A stretch of DNA of 64,000 bases from Methanobacteriota archaeon (lineage in GTDB: Archaea; Thermoplasmatota; Poseidoniia; Poseidoniales; Poseidoniaceae), in NCBI GenBank assembly GCA_004195635.1, contig PSPT01000017.1:15909-79908 (forward strand), read 5' to 3'. Position 1 is the first letter of the stretch; each line of letters starts with the position of its first letter. Under the pieces are notes generated by a model. The model searched no databases. It saw nothing but the letters and a program-made list of their open reading frames with translations, and had not been told where the DNA came from. Shown here piece after piece: positions 27,606 through 36,578 of this stretch. Position numbers and translations under genes: made by a program.

Positions 27606-28451
27606 ATGGTGGCCCTCAACTCCCTTATTTCGGGTTTTATTGCTGAGGGAGATTTCACTCAGGTTATTTGTTTATCCAACAATAGCATAAAGGCAAAGAA
27701 ATTAGCAGAAATTATTCCAAACAAATTACCAATTACCGTGCTAACAAGTCATTTACGGGTTGCTGAACATTGTCATGAAGCCGGAATAAAGTCAACTTTA
27801 CTTGAGGATAATCTTGTTGCTCATGACCTTGGAGTATTGTCCTCTGTTCATGATTTTGTGATACAAGCCATGGGTGAAGGTGGGTTGAGTAAGGATGACC
27901 GCCTTCTTGTAGTTCTACTTGAGCCAGTTGAAGGGATAATTATCATCGAACCAGGTCAATTGGTCTTGAATCGGCTTGCAGCAGTAGCAAATGAACACGG
28001 CGTGGAGTTGGAAGTCCTCACAAAAATTACAGAATTAGCTCGGCGTCTCGGTTCGAGAGGTCGTGAGAACCGGCCAGTGGGGGCATTATTTGCAATCGGT
28101 TCAATACAGCGCCTTAGAGGCAATACTACTGCAATTGTTCTCAATCCTTTCAAGGGCCATTCAGAAGCAAAGCGCACAGTTATGAATCCCGATAATTTAG
28201 AATCATTTGTAGAATTCGCTTGGCTTGACGGAGCGATACTCTTCAACAATAAGGGAATTGCAAGTGATGCAGGAAGATATGTACAAGTTGGAGATAATAT
28301 TCATGCAAAATCAGGTGAAGGCGGAAGGCATCTGGCTGCGAGGGCCATCAGTCAGCAAGCCGACGCAATTGCTATTTGTGTATCCAGCAATGGCACTATT
28401 AGCCTATACTCTAATATTCAATTAACCTCAATTGAAGTGATGTACAACTAA
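27606..28451 (+). CDS. dacZ: diadenylate cyclase, archaeal DacZ-like (c-di-AMP synthase)
   Basis: C-terminal DAC domain motifs DGAILF and GGRHLAARAIS..DAIAICVSSNGTISLY (DGA and RHR-type). About 280 aa with an N-terminal regulatory-type domain, as in DacZ. Confidence 0.65.
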   Translation: MVALNSLISGFIAEGDFTQVICLSNNSIKAKKLAEIIPNKLPITVLTSHLRVAEHCHEAGIKSTLLEDNLVAHDLGVLSSVHDFVIQAMGEGGLSKDDRLLVVLLEPVEGIIIIEPGQLVLNRLAAVANEHGVELEVLTKITELARRLGSRGRENRPVGALFAIGSIQRLRGNTTAIVLNPFKGHSEAKRTVMNPDNLESFVEFAWLDGAILFNNKGIASDAGRYVQVGDNIHAKSGEGGRHLAARAISQQADAIAICVSSNGTISLYSNIQLTSIEVMYN

Positions 28452-28489
28452 TGATTGGTTATTACGACCAACCAAATCTTGATTATTAC

Positions 28490-28820
28490 TTATTCAAGTT
28501 GATTTGTTGGAGGTGCGCCATGAGCGTTTGCTCCAGCCTCTCCATCAATTATCAATAGATATAGGTTGTATAATGGAATTAAAATAAACCACCCTGATTT
28601 TCCGTGGTCATGCATTCGGCGTACTGCGGAACTTAGGGCTGCAGGAACTAGTAATATCAAAGCCATTGAAAGCATTGGTACTCCGGCTGCTCCGGCAATC
28701 ATATCTAGAATATATGACAAAGAATAAGTAAAACCACCAATATTCTGAACGGGATGCTCTGCCATCAAAGGATAACGATCCCTTAAGACAACTTTTCACC
28801 GCATCCATTGGTGACATCAT
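28490..28820 (-). pseudogene. DUF805-family small membrane protein, frameshifted
   Basis: The N-terminal signature F.GRASRSEYWWF is in one frame (ORF 28608..28925). The C-terminal signature VRRMHDHGKSGWF.LIP...G.N..G is in another frame (ORF 28490..28768). The switch is near 28706-28715 at an ATATAT run. Confidence 0.65.
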
Positions 28821-28979
28821 ACTACTCGGCCTACTTCCTTGCACTGTCCCCATGACAGCGGCTTGTGGTGCTGCTTGCATTAGATACTGAGTTTTCTTTT
28901 TGGTATTTAGTGTTGCGGGCGACACTTACAATGAAATATTAGTTTTGAAGAAAATATCTATTTGCCATTTCAATAATTC

Positions 28980-29771
28980 TTACAGACTATATTGTCTGTC
29001 AATTGCTTCTTCCATAGTTATTCGACCCACGGCAACTGCTTTTGCTAGATCGCTCCTCATCCGCCGACTACGGCGTTTCAATTCACGCAATTCGCCGTCA
29101 GCAGGTGAGACGTTTTGTCGCTCAACAACTCTTTTTCCCAGCATCATGGCGATTTTTGTTGCTGCTGCATGGTGATGGTGGCGTGAAATTCCTTGAGAAG
29201 TTCTCCTTTCATCAACGAATTCTATGTGCATTTTTCTCGCTATGCATACATTAGCAATACGATTTCTCAATGTGATTGAACCATCGCCAATTTTCACTTC
29301 AATACGGTCATGTTCAATTGCGGTTGCGATGGCTTTGATGTGATTGGCTACATCATCTACTCTCTCTAACTGTGCCACTCCAATTAGCACGCCATCTGCG
29401 AGCCAAGCAAGCCCAGGTCGGGGGCCAGGGTCAACTCCAAATGTGAGAACTATTATTGGACCAAGGCGCCGATTTACATGCAAAGCCCGCTCTATTGCTA
29501 ACTCAATTTCACCTTCAATTGCCCAAACTCCTCTCCCCTCACTGCATGATTCAACTTCGGCAACAGTGCCAAGCCAAACTGAATCTTCGCATGGTAAAGG
29601 GTCATCTGGGTGTAAGTGAATGCAGGGCAATTTGCGATTGTGAATTTCACGTAACAAACGCCATGCGAGGCGAAAGTCAGCCGTCCTTACAACCAGTGGC
29701 TCCACATTATACCCTACAACTGGCAGACCTTCAATATGTGCATTAACAACAATGCAGATTGGTTTTTTCAA
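28980..29771 (-). CDS. uncharacterised RNase H-fold nuclease-like protein (RuvX/YqgF- or RuvC-like)
   Basis: FGVDPGPRPGLAW (first acidic motif of RuvC/YqgF folds), FVDERRTSQ (DE..T motif) and HHHHAAATKIA (terminal helix motif). Extra ~100 aa N-terminal domain and a basic C-terminal helix. Confidence 0.45.
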   Translation of the reverse strand: MKKPICIVVNAHIEGLPVVGYNVEPLVVRTADFRLAWRLLREIHNRKLPCIHLHPDDPLPCEDSVWLGTVAEVESCSEGRGVWAIEGEIELAIERALHVNRRLGPIIVLTFGVDPGPRPGLAWLADGVLIGVAQLERVDDVANHIKAIATAIEHDRIEVKIGDGSITLRNRIANVCIARKMHIEFVDERRTSQGISRHHHHAAATKIAMMLGKRVVERQNVSPADGELRELKRRSRRMRSDLAKAVAVGRITMEEAIDRQYSL

Positions 29772-29908
29772 CTATTTTTCAAACAATTACTATTAATTCG
29801 AGAGATTGATTTATTTCTAAAAGAGAGTATAGAGTGTTAGAAAAGGTTATAATTTATTCGTATAATCACCGATTTAACTAAGAACGATTGCCCAATATTA
29901 ATGATTCA

Positions 29909-30811
29909 ATGGTAAGCTCTTATGAGCGTGAACTGCGGGCTGTGCTCGCCGGTACTCCTGATGGTGTACGAGCAGTAACTCGTTCTTGTTCACAACTTGA
30001 AAAAGCCAAGGCTATGCAAGTTGTACAACGCCCCTTCTTGGTGGTGCGAGCAGCCGGTTCTGGAATAGAAGGAAGTGGCGATATAGTAGCGCTGCGTGGA
30101 GATTTATGCTTTCCCATAGAAGTCAAAACGACTAAAAATAAGAAACTATATCTTTCAGGTAGGACAAGTGACCAACTAAAGGCATTAGAGAAAGAGGGTG
30201 AAAGGTGTGGACTTTTACCTTTGTATGCTCAACGATTGAAGGGGGTTCGCGGCGATTCGTGGAGAATATTTAAAGTGGATATTGAGAATTTAACTGGACG
30301 ATTAGCGCTGCTAAGTCGGCGGATACCTTCTCTGCCCTTGACATCTGGGGGCCGGCCAATGTTGGACTGGGAGCAAGGGATGCCATTACATAGATTCCTT
30401 GCACTAACTTGCCGACCTTCGGATGAGGCACCTTTGGAGCCATTGTTAGATATCGGTCAAAGAAGCGCTGGTAAAAAATCCGCAAATAACTCATCCGGCC
30501 CTCATTGCAATGAAGCAAAGTCGGATACTGATAGTAAGAATTCAAATCCCACTGGGAATGAATTGTTTGAGAAGGCATTAGCAAGGGCAGATGCGCTAGA
30601 AAAGAAAGCAGTTGCAGAAGAACTTCAATTTGCAGCAAAGATTTCTCAAACTCCTACCACTACAACCATGTCATCTGATGAGTCCTCTCCCTCCCCCTCT
30701 CCCTCCCCCTCTCCCTCCCCTGCTCCTTCACAAGACGGGAATGACCCCTTTTTCAAGTCGGAAAAGGCCCAGCCAAAGGGAAAAAAATGGTTGAATCTAT
30801 TTCAGCAATAA
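29909..30811 (+). CDS. hjc: Holliday junction resolvase Hjc-like (PD-(D/E)xK) with ~150 aa low-complexity C-terminal extension
   Basis: SYERELRAVL ... VVRAAGSG ... GDIVAL ... PIEVKTTK ... LYL matches the Hjc motif order (ERE, AGS, D, E-x-K). The tail contains (SP)n and basic residues. ATG 29909 preferred over TTG 29888. Confidence 0.6.
   Translation: MVSSYERELRAVLAGTPDGVRAVTRSCSQLEKAKAMQVVQRPFLVVRAAGSGIEGSGDIVALRGDLCFPIEVKTTKNKKLYLSGRTSDQLKALEKEGERCGLLPLYAQRLKGVRGDSWRIFKVDIENLTGRLALLSRRIPSLPLTSGGRPMLDWEQGMPLHRFLALTCRPSDEAPLEPLLDIGQRSAGKKSANNSSGPHCNEAKSDTDSKNSNPTGNELFEKALARADALEKKAVAEELQFAAKISQTPTTTTMSSDESSPSPSPSPSPSPAPSQDGNDPFFKSEKAQPKGKKWLNLFQQ
30686..30721 (+). repeat. 3 x 12-bp tandem TCTCCCTCCCCC (Ser-Pro repeat) inside hjc tail
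   Basis: Read directly. Confidence 0.85.
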
Positions 30812-30910
30812 CCCCCCCCTCCCTCGTCCTAATCAGTGTCTTGCTCTCGCTAGAATCAAATGAATTTCAAAAGGACAAGGATTATTTGCTTCGCTCAACT
30901 GCAAGCAAAC

Positions 30911-32098
30911 ATGCGAAAAATACCCTTGCTCATTTGCTTGATGCTTCTAACCGTCTCTCTTTCTGGTTGTTTTGGTGGAGAGGATATTGAAACTTTCGAA
31001 GGTGATGATATTATTTTAGAAGATACAGACGACTGGCCAACATATTATGTATTGACCTCCGGAGACCTTCCTACTTGCCCTGGCCAAAGTAATGAAAATC
31101 TTGGAAGATTGTACTATGTAGAGGCCGATACCAATTTCCAAGCATGCCTGTCTACAGGATGGCAAGTGGTGCAGATTGGTGGTTCAAATGGAAACATTCT
31201 GATGAACCAACCTCCAATTATTGAGGCAAATGTTTGGTTTGCTGATGATGATCTTTTTATGGAGGATGGAGATGGAACCTATTCAGTACTAATGGGTTTA
31301 CATTGGAATGCAACCGACACAGATGGTACAATTGCCCAAATTGGAATAGATTATGATGGGGATTTGGTCATCGACATTCCTCTGACAACCGAATCCGGTG
31401 CCCATTCAACAGAGGACCATACAACCGAATCCGGAGAAGTCTATTCTGGCTTTTTTGCAATTCCATTTGAATCTGGATTGACTTTCCATAGAGGGCAGAC
31501 CCTAACAACTTGCAAATGGTCCATGACCCGTACGATTACTGTGGTGGCTGTTGATGATGATGGTGCGACTTCGTTGGATTATATTACGCGCAACGCAATT
31601 TCCCCGCGCACAGATAGCATGGGGTTTCTATATTATGACGCCTATCGAGCGCAGGAACTTAACTCCGACATACCCGGATTCATTTCCCAATCTGATTATG
31701 ATTGGATAACAGGGGTCAGTCCGAGCACTTGTCCCGCCCCACCTGTATTTTCACTGACATTTGATTCAGGAGCAGTCACCAATGGTGATTCCGATATTTT
31801 GGGAGTTCTTACATTGGTCTCTGGTGCACCAACCAACCTAGATGGCCAAGATGGATGTTCACCAATGATCGTTGGATTAGTTCTTGATACCAGTAGTCAT
31901 GGTCAACCATGCTCAAGTTTTTCCATCCAATTCTCCGGCACAGATCCGGCTAATCCAGTTGCAGGTGACACGTACACTATTTCAGAAGCCGGCGTTGACG
32001 CCTGCAATCCAACCAATCTATGTGATGGAATTTATGTTGATTTTTATCACGATGATGGTAGTGGTGATTCAGTGAGACAACGACTCCATGCACCTTAA
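30911..32098 (+). CDS. secreted lipoprotein, function unknown
   Basis: MRKIPLLICLMLLTVSLSGC is a lipobox-type signal. Acidic, Thr/Asp-rich mature protein. Confidence 0.6.
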   Translation: MRKIPLLICLMLLTVSLSGCFGGEDIETFEGDDIILEDTDDWPTYYVLTSGDLPTCPGQSNENLGRLYYVEADTNFQACLSTGWQVVQIGGSNGNILMNQPPIIEANVWFADDDLFMEDGDGTYSVLMGLHWNATDTDGTIAQIGIDYDGDLVIDIPLTTESGAHSTEDHTTESGEVYSGFFAIPFESGLTFHRGQTLTTCKWSMTRTITVVAVDDDGATSLDYITRNAISPRTDSMGFLYYDAYRAQELNSDIPGFISQSDYDWITGVSPSTCPAPPVFSLTFDSGAVTNGDSDILGVLTLVSGAPTNLDGQDGCSPMIVGLVLDTSSHGQPCSSFSIQFSGTDPANPVAGDTYTISEAGVDACNPTNLCDGIYVDFYHDDGSGDSVRQRLHAP

Positions 32099-32184
32099 TC
32101 AAACTCTAGATCCTATTTTCTGTGAGATTTATTCTGGATAAACTAGAGGGTGGCGAGTGATTAGACCTTGTGCGCCATATCGCT

Positions 32185-33204
32185 TCATGAAGATGCGTTT
32201 GAGTTCCAATTCTCCATCTGATTGATGGCCTCAACCACCCCTACTACGTCACCATCTTCCCACCAGTCTACGGCGACAAAGGTCGGCCTATTGCCCACTT
32301 CCTCCCAGCAATCAATGGTTCTCTGTAGTAACTTGTCATAGTCATTCACATCTTCTGAGCGTTGCGGATCTGATAATCCCAGAGCATTGGACAACCAGTT
32401 ATTCAAGTGCCATACAGGCTGATTGATGTCTCCCCGACCAACATCGCATGACATCTCATCCTCATTACTCTCACCATATGGGGTATCCCAACTATGAGTC
32501 CATGCATGGTGTAACCAGGGGTATTCCGGCTCTTCACTATCATCCCAGAATACAACCAAGGTCTTGTTTGAAAGCACCATCTCTCCAAGAGTGGGCCAAG
32601 GTTCAGAGATTTGGTGAACATACGTCTTTTCAAGTAATCCAGTCTCATTGAACAGGAAATCCAAATGGCTAGAAGGGACATAGTTCTCAAGCAGAATGGT
32701 AACAATCTGAGTCGGGTCGTCATCCATGAAAGACCTAAGTTGTGTTAACCATGCGAAAGCATCGACCTCACTGTAAGTGCAGGGGTGAATAATACCATCA
32801 TTATCACCATGGCAGAAGACTACATCTTCAGGGTCATTTTCTGTATCTGAGGAATGATGGGTATCAAGCATGAAGGCGCGCACACCGCCATTCCATTGTG
32901 CCGAAAGACCAGTTTCATGGTTCGATGCAGGGTAATAAACAGCATCCTCGGTGGTGGCGAAAGAATTGTGGGTTTCAGCAAAAGTGAAGTTGTCGTAGGT
33001 ACGCAAACAGTATTCCACTAGACCCATACATTCCGGTGCATCAGAACCATTGAGTGGGTCGAGACCATGTTCCTCCTCCCATCCATTTGAAAGGCCATCA
33101 TTATCCTCGTCTTCCAATGGGTTGAGGGGGGGTTTCTTAGGCGGCTCGGTACACCCAGCCAAGAGAATCGAGGCAATTACGAGAAAGCAAAATACTCTTC
33201 GCAT
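32185..33204 (-). CDS. lipoprotein with PI-PLC X-domain-like phosphodiesterase fold
   Basis: Signal MRRVFCFLVIASILLAGC. A D-x-D-x-DGL calcium-type motif. Then THNSFAT...QWNGGVRAFMLDTHH, typical of PLC-like phosphodiesterases. Confidence 0.6.
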   Translation of the reverse strand: MRRVFCFLVIASILLAGCTEPPKKPPLNPLEDEDNDGLSNGWEEEHGLDPLNGSDAPECMGLVEYCLRTYDNFTFAETHNSFATTEDAVYYPASNHETGLSAQWNGGVRAFMLDTHHSSDTENDPEDVVFCHGDNDGIIHPCTYSEVDAFAWLTQLRSFMDDDPTQIVTILLENYVPSSHLDFLFNETGLLEKTYVHQISEPWPTLGEMVLSNKTLVVFWDDSEEPEYPWLHHAWTHSWDTPYGESNEDEMSCDVGRGDINQPVWHLNNWLSNALGLSDPQRSEDVNDYDKLLQRTIDCWEEVGNRPTFVAVDWWEDGDVVGVVEAINQMENWNSNASS

Positions 33205-33328
33205 TATTTCTTGCTCAGGGTGTTTGGCTTCAATCTTTGCGCTAGTCATTGCTTTCTCGGCAAAGATATTGGCGTTGTGTACATTTGAATAATTCTTCCC
33301 CGAAACCAATAGAACCGTCTTTCGCAGG

Positions 33329-34792
33329 TTATATGTACGGAATTACCATAATGAATACGATAATAATCAGCATAACAAGGCTACTGCGACTCGATGTTTT
33401 ATTGGTCACTTGCTCAAGTTTTAGCGGGTGTATTTTCCACCAACCGAAGCGGCGGCCAAATCTATCAAATCGTTTTATTATTCCACGAATAGCATCACGG
33501 AAAATGTGCCCCCCATCAAAGGGTAGCATCGGAATTAAATTGAAAAACCCAAGTAGTAAATTTACCCAAACTAACCAAAACATTAGGTGGACGATGAATA
33601 ACATTCCTTCAACACCTAAAATACTTGCAAGCCATCCATCGCCAGCAGCCAGCATTCCTTCCTCAACAGGATTAATTGCAGTGCCCATATTATCAACAGG
33701 TATTGCAATTGTAGTCATTATCTGAATTGGTGTGGCCAAGGCCTTTGCCCCCCAACTCGCATCAACACCCGGTGCAAGAGGTCCAGCAATCCGGTCTATG
33801 CCGGCAGTACCAGATGCAAGTCCAATAACTCCGACGAAGGCGTCACCCGGTTTGATTCCCATCGCCTCAAGCCATTCCTCACTGGCTCCATTGTCCAAAT
33901 AATGTTGATGCTTATCGGTTAATAGAACAGAAATTGTTTCGGTCTCTCCAGAATCATGTTTAACAATTATCATCTCGGTTGAATCTCCAGCCGAAAGTCC
34001 ATCCATTGCAAGAGAAAAATCATCCAAATCTGATACTGTGCTTTGATTAATGCTAATGATTACATCAAATGCTGCTAGTCCGGCCTCATCCGCCCCGCTA
34101 TCTTCGACTATTGCTGATGCATGGAGGCCAGGGTCGGCGGCTACGAATTGTCCAGCCATTCCCGCAATGATAAGAAAACAGAAAATACAAGCGAAGATAT
34201 TTGTGGCAGGGCCTGCGGCAAAAAGTCGCATTCTTTCGCGATTTGGAGCCTTCATCAATTCCTCACCGTCGGGTTCAGCGAAAGCGCCAAGAGGTAAAGG
34301 GCCGAGTGTAAGCATACCAAAAGAGCGAACCCGCATTCCATGAGCTCTTGCTTGCAATCCGTGGCCGAATTCGTGAATCACCAAGGCGACCACAAAAGCG
34401 ATGATGCCCCACCCGAGGGGAATTACCGGATTTAATCCAGGAATGGCAACTAACTCGGCAGCAGAAGGGGGATCAGCAGTAGGTGGATCGAGTATTGAAA
34501 GCACAAATGAAAGTAGTAAAAGGAGAAGCACAAAAAACATCAGCAATATACAAATCCAAAGACTAACTTCACCATAGGCTCGCCAAAAAGCACGTGGTTT
34601 AGCCATTTTTTCAAGAGTTTTTTGGCCATGTTTTGTTCTTAACATTAGGGCGATTCCGAATATTCGTGTTGCATTCCAACGGTCCAATGTCCCATTGTTT
34701 TCCCAGTTTTTTAGAACGAAATACCAGATGATTAGAAAGAAGAAAATCATCTTGCCACTAAGCCAGTCCACCTCCATCCAGTCTGCGACCAT
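33329..34792 (-). CDS. site-2 protease (peptidase M50) with PDZ insert
   Basis: HEFGHGLQA (HExxH) in a TM helix. NLIPMLPFDGGH (LDG motif). A PDZ-like segment lies between them. Confidence 0.85.
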   Translation of the reverse strand: MVADWMEVDWLSGKMIFFFLIIWYFVLKNWENNGTLDRWNATRIFGIALMLRTKHGQKTLEKMAKPRAFWRAYGEVSLWICILLMFFVLLLLLLSFVLSILDPPTADPPSAAELVAIPGLNPVIPLGWGIIAFVVALVIHEFGHGLQARAHGMRVRSFGMLTLGPLPLGAFAEPDGEELMKAPNRERMRLFAAGPATNIFACIFCFLIIAGMAGQFVAADPGLHASAIVEDSGADEAGLAAFDVIISINQSTVSDLDDFSLAMDGLSAGDSTEMIIVKHDSGETETISVLLTDKHQHYLDNGASEEWLEAMGIKPGDAFVGVIGLASGTAGIDRIAGPLAPGVDASWGAKALATPIQIMTTIAIPVDNMGTAINPVEEGMLAAGDGWLASILGVEGMLFIVHLMFWLVWVNLLLGFFNLIPMLPFDGGHIFRDAIRGIIKRFDRFGRRFGWWKIHPLKLEQVTNKTSSRSSLVMLIIIVFIMVIPYI

Positions 34793-34885
34793 GACTCCCA
34801 ACCATCCCTTGCTATCGCCCCTTACTCATCAAACCGCCGACTATTAAACCACTATCTTCATCCACTATTGCCACTCCGCACAATC

Positions 34886-35425
34886 ATGGAGGAGGCTGAG
34901 CGTCATGTACGCGAATGGGCTTTGGAACATTATTCTAAAGAACCACAAGAGGTTATTCTTTGGCATTCTGACAATGAGTTGATAGAGTGCATAGTTCGTT
35001 TTTCGCAATCAATTTCAATTGCAGTTCTTGTTGGTGATGCAGACAATTGGATAGATGAGCAGTTGATGAGCATTCAAGCATCCGAATGGACTCCGGGGGC
35101 CATTCAAGCAAATCGCCGCCCTGATGGCTCGATTCGAATTCGCTTTCAGCGCCGTAGAGTTGATTTTTCAGCAGTCATGAAATCACCACATTCTATTTCT
35201 GCATTAATTGAAGAATGGTTGATGAAAATTAATGGAGGCGGTGTCCGGCCACGAGATCGAACTCGCAGAATTGCAGCCTTAAAGCGAGAAAGTGAGGCAG
35301 TAAGGCGAATGTTTGACCAAGCATCATTATCAAGAATTTCTGAGGATGTGGAAAAAATCTCTACCAAACTGGACGGGATTGAAACTAATCTTGAAGGGCG
35401 CTCTGCAAGCAAAGCAGATGAATAA
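34886..35425 (+). CDS. hypothetical cytoplasmic protein
   Basis: Clean 180 aa ORF from an ATG; no recognised motif. Confidence 0.5.
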   Translation: MEEAERHVREWALEHYSKEPQEVILWHSDNELIECIVRFSQSISIAVLVGDADNWIDEQLMSIQASEWTPGAIQANRRPDGSIRIRFQRRRVDFSAVMKSPHSISALIEEWLMKINGGGVRPRDRTRRIAALKRESEAVRRMFDQASLSRISEDVEKISTKLDGIETNLEGRSASKADE

Positions 35426-35513
35426 TATAGGCCACCTTATTTTCATCTTTTTATTTACTAAGAGGGACAATTTTTCAGTACCTGTTTGTAAAGATATTGC
35501 TTGACTTCGGCAA

Positions 35514-36563
35514 CTATTCTTGCTCTAACAGACCTTCGGCAATTAGTGAGGTCTTTTCTTCCCTAAGTGCTTCTTTTATTTCGGGGGATGAGGCGAGTAT
35601 TATTCCAATGATTGGTTCAAGAATAAATGGCGATGCAAGTAGAACCACAATGCTTGATATTAGACCAACCCAAGCCGAAGAAGGGACATAATCTGTACCG
35701 GGGCCACCTGAGGAAAGGGCTAGTTTAACAGTGCCGAGCCAGGGAATCTCTCCTCCGGCAATACCAACTAACCATTCGCCCCTCACGGCTTCAACTCCGT
35801 AGGTGAAACGGCCATTTTCATCCAGAGTTGGTAGGCCAGCGGCACCAGGAGAGACATCCGAACCTTGGTCAACAGAGCAATGATTATTATCGCCCAAAGT
35901 AATAATCCCAGAGTGTTTTGGATCCCAATCTACTATTTGCAAATAATCACTGATAACTTCACCATGATTGTATATTGAATTACGCTGACAATCGTAAAAG
36001 CCAGTGTTATTGCCATCAAAAACCCATGAAATTGTTTCAACATCTTCCAATGTAGTTCCGGGTACATCCCAAGTCAAAACACATGTGCCAACTCCCCCAT
36101 CAATGTCTACCGATTCAGGGTCCCATGAGGCATCATCAGGGCATTCTCCCGTTTCTCGGTTTAAAGGAGATATTGTATCATGAGGTATTGCGCGTAATAT
36201 TGCACGGTGAATAATAGGTGTTGTTTCAAGTCCATTTTTTTGATAAATTATCACATCGCCGCCCATGCCATGCATTTCATCGGCAAAATGTTGGTTTCCC
36301 GGTTGTGTAGCCTCTGCATAAGTGACGACATATTCAATCCCTAAATTATGAACTAAGATCAAATCTCCGGCATCAATACTGCCAATTTCACCATCCACTT
36401 CATGTATCATTGAATCAGATTCAACTACCACCAATGGCGGCAAGGTTCCGGTGTGAAACCACAGTCCAAGAATGAGTAATCCAATCATGCCTCCGGCTAG
36501 CAAAGCCTCTCTGGTGATTGACCACCCTTGATTTTCTGTACCTCTAGGCACATCTTTTTCCAT
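35514..36563 (-). CDS. signal peptidase I, archaeal/eukaryal S26B (Sec11) type, with large insertion
   Basis: N-terminal TM, VVESDSM (catalytic Ser), GDLILV, IIHRAI (catalytic His), LGDNN. A C-terminal TM is also present. At 349 aa it is longer than typical. Confidence 0.7.
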   Translation of the reverse strand: MEKDVPRGTENQGWSITREALLAGGMIGLLILGLWFHTGTLPPLVVVESDSMIHEVDGEIGSIDAGDLILVHNLGIEYVVTYAEATQPGNQHFADEMHGMGGDVIIYQKNGLETTPIIHRAILRAIPHDTISPLNRETGECPDDASWDPESVDIDGGVGTCVLTWDVPGTTLEDVETISWVFDGNNTGFYDCQRNSIYNHGEVISDYLQIVDWDPKHSGIITLGDNNHCSVDQGSDVSPGAAGLPTLDENGRFTYGVEAVRGEWLVGIAGGEIPWLGTVKLALSSGGPGTDYVPSSAWVGLISSIVVLLASPFILEPIIGIILASSPEIKEALREEKTSLIAEGLLEQE

Positions 36564-36578
36564 TATTGGATTCCCACC

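Noticed and set aside
30535-30560. tRNA T-arm-like string (GAATTCAAATCCCACTGGG)
   Set aside because: It lies inside the hjc tail coding region. There is no acceptor stem, D-arm or anticodon arm in the flanks. No other GGTTCRAATCC-type signature was found in the window.
26970-30811. Macro + cyclic-dinucleotide synthase + membrane protein + nucleases read as a CBASS-like defence island
   Set aside because: The cyclase has the housekeeping DacZ architecture rather than a CD-NTase fold. The genes are on different strands with separate promoters. The nucleases look like repair enzymes (Hjc). No mobile-element or other defence hallmarks are present. The individual pairings are reported as separate, more modest findings.
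33249-33725. 158-aa plus-strand ORF
   Set aside because: It is antisense to the C-terminal part of the M50 protease, whose LDG motif lies here, and overlaps the PLC-like gene leader. No motif support.
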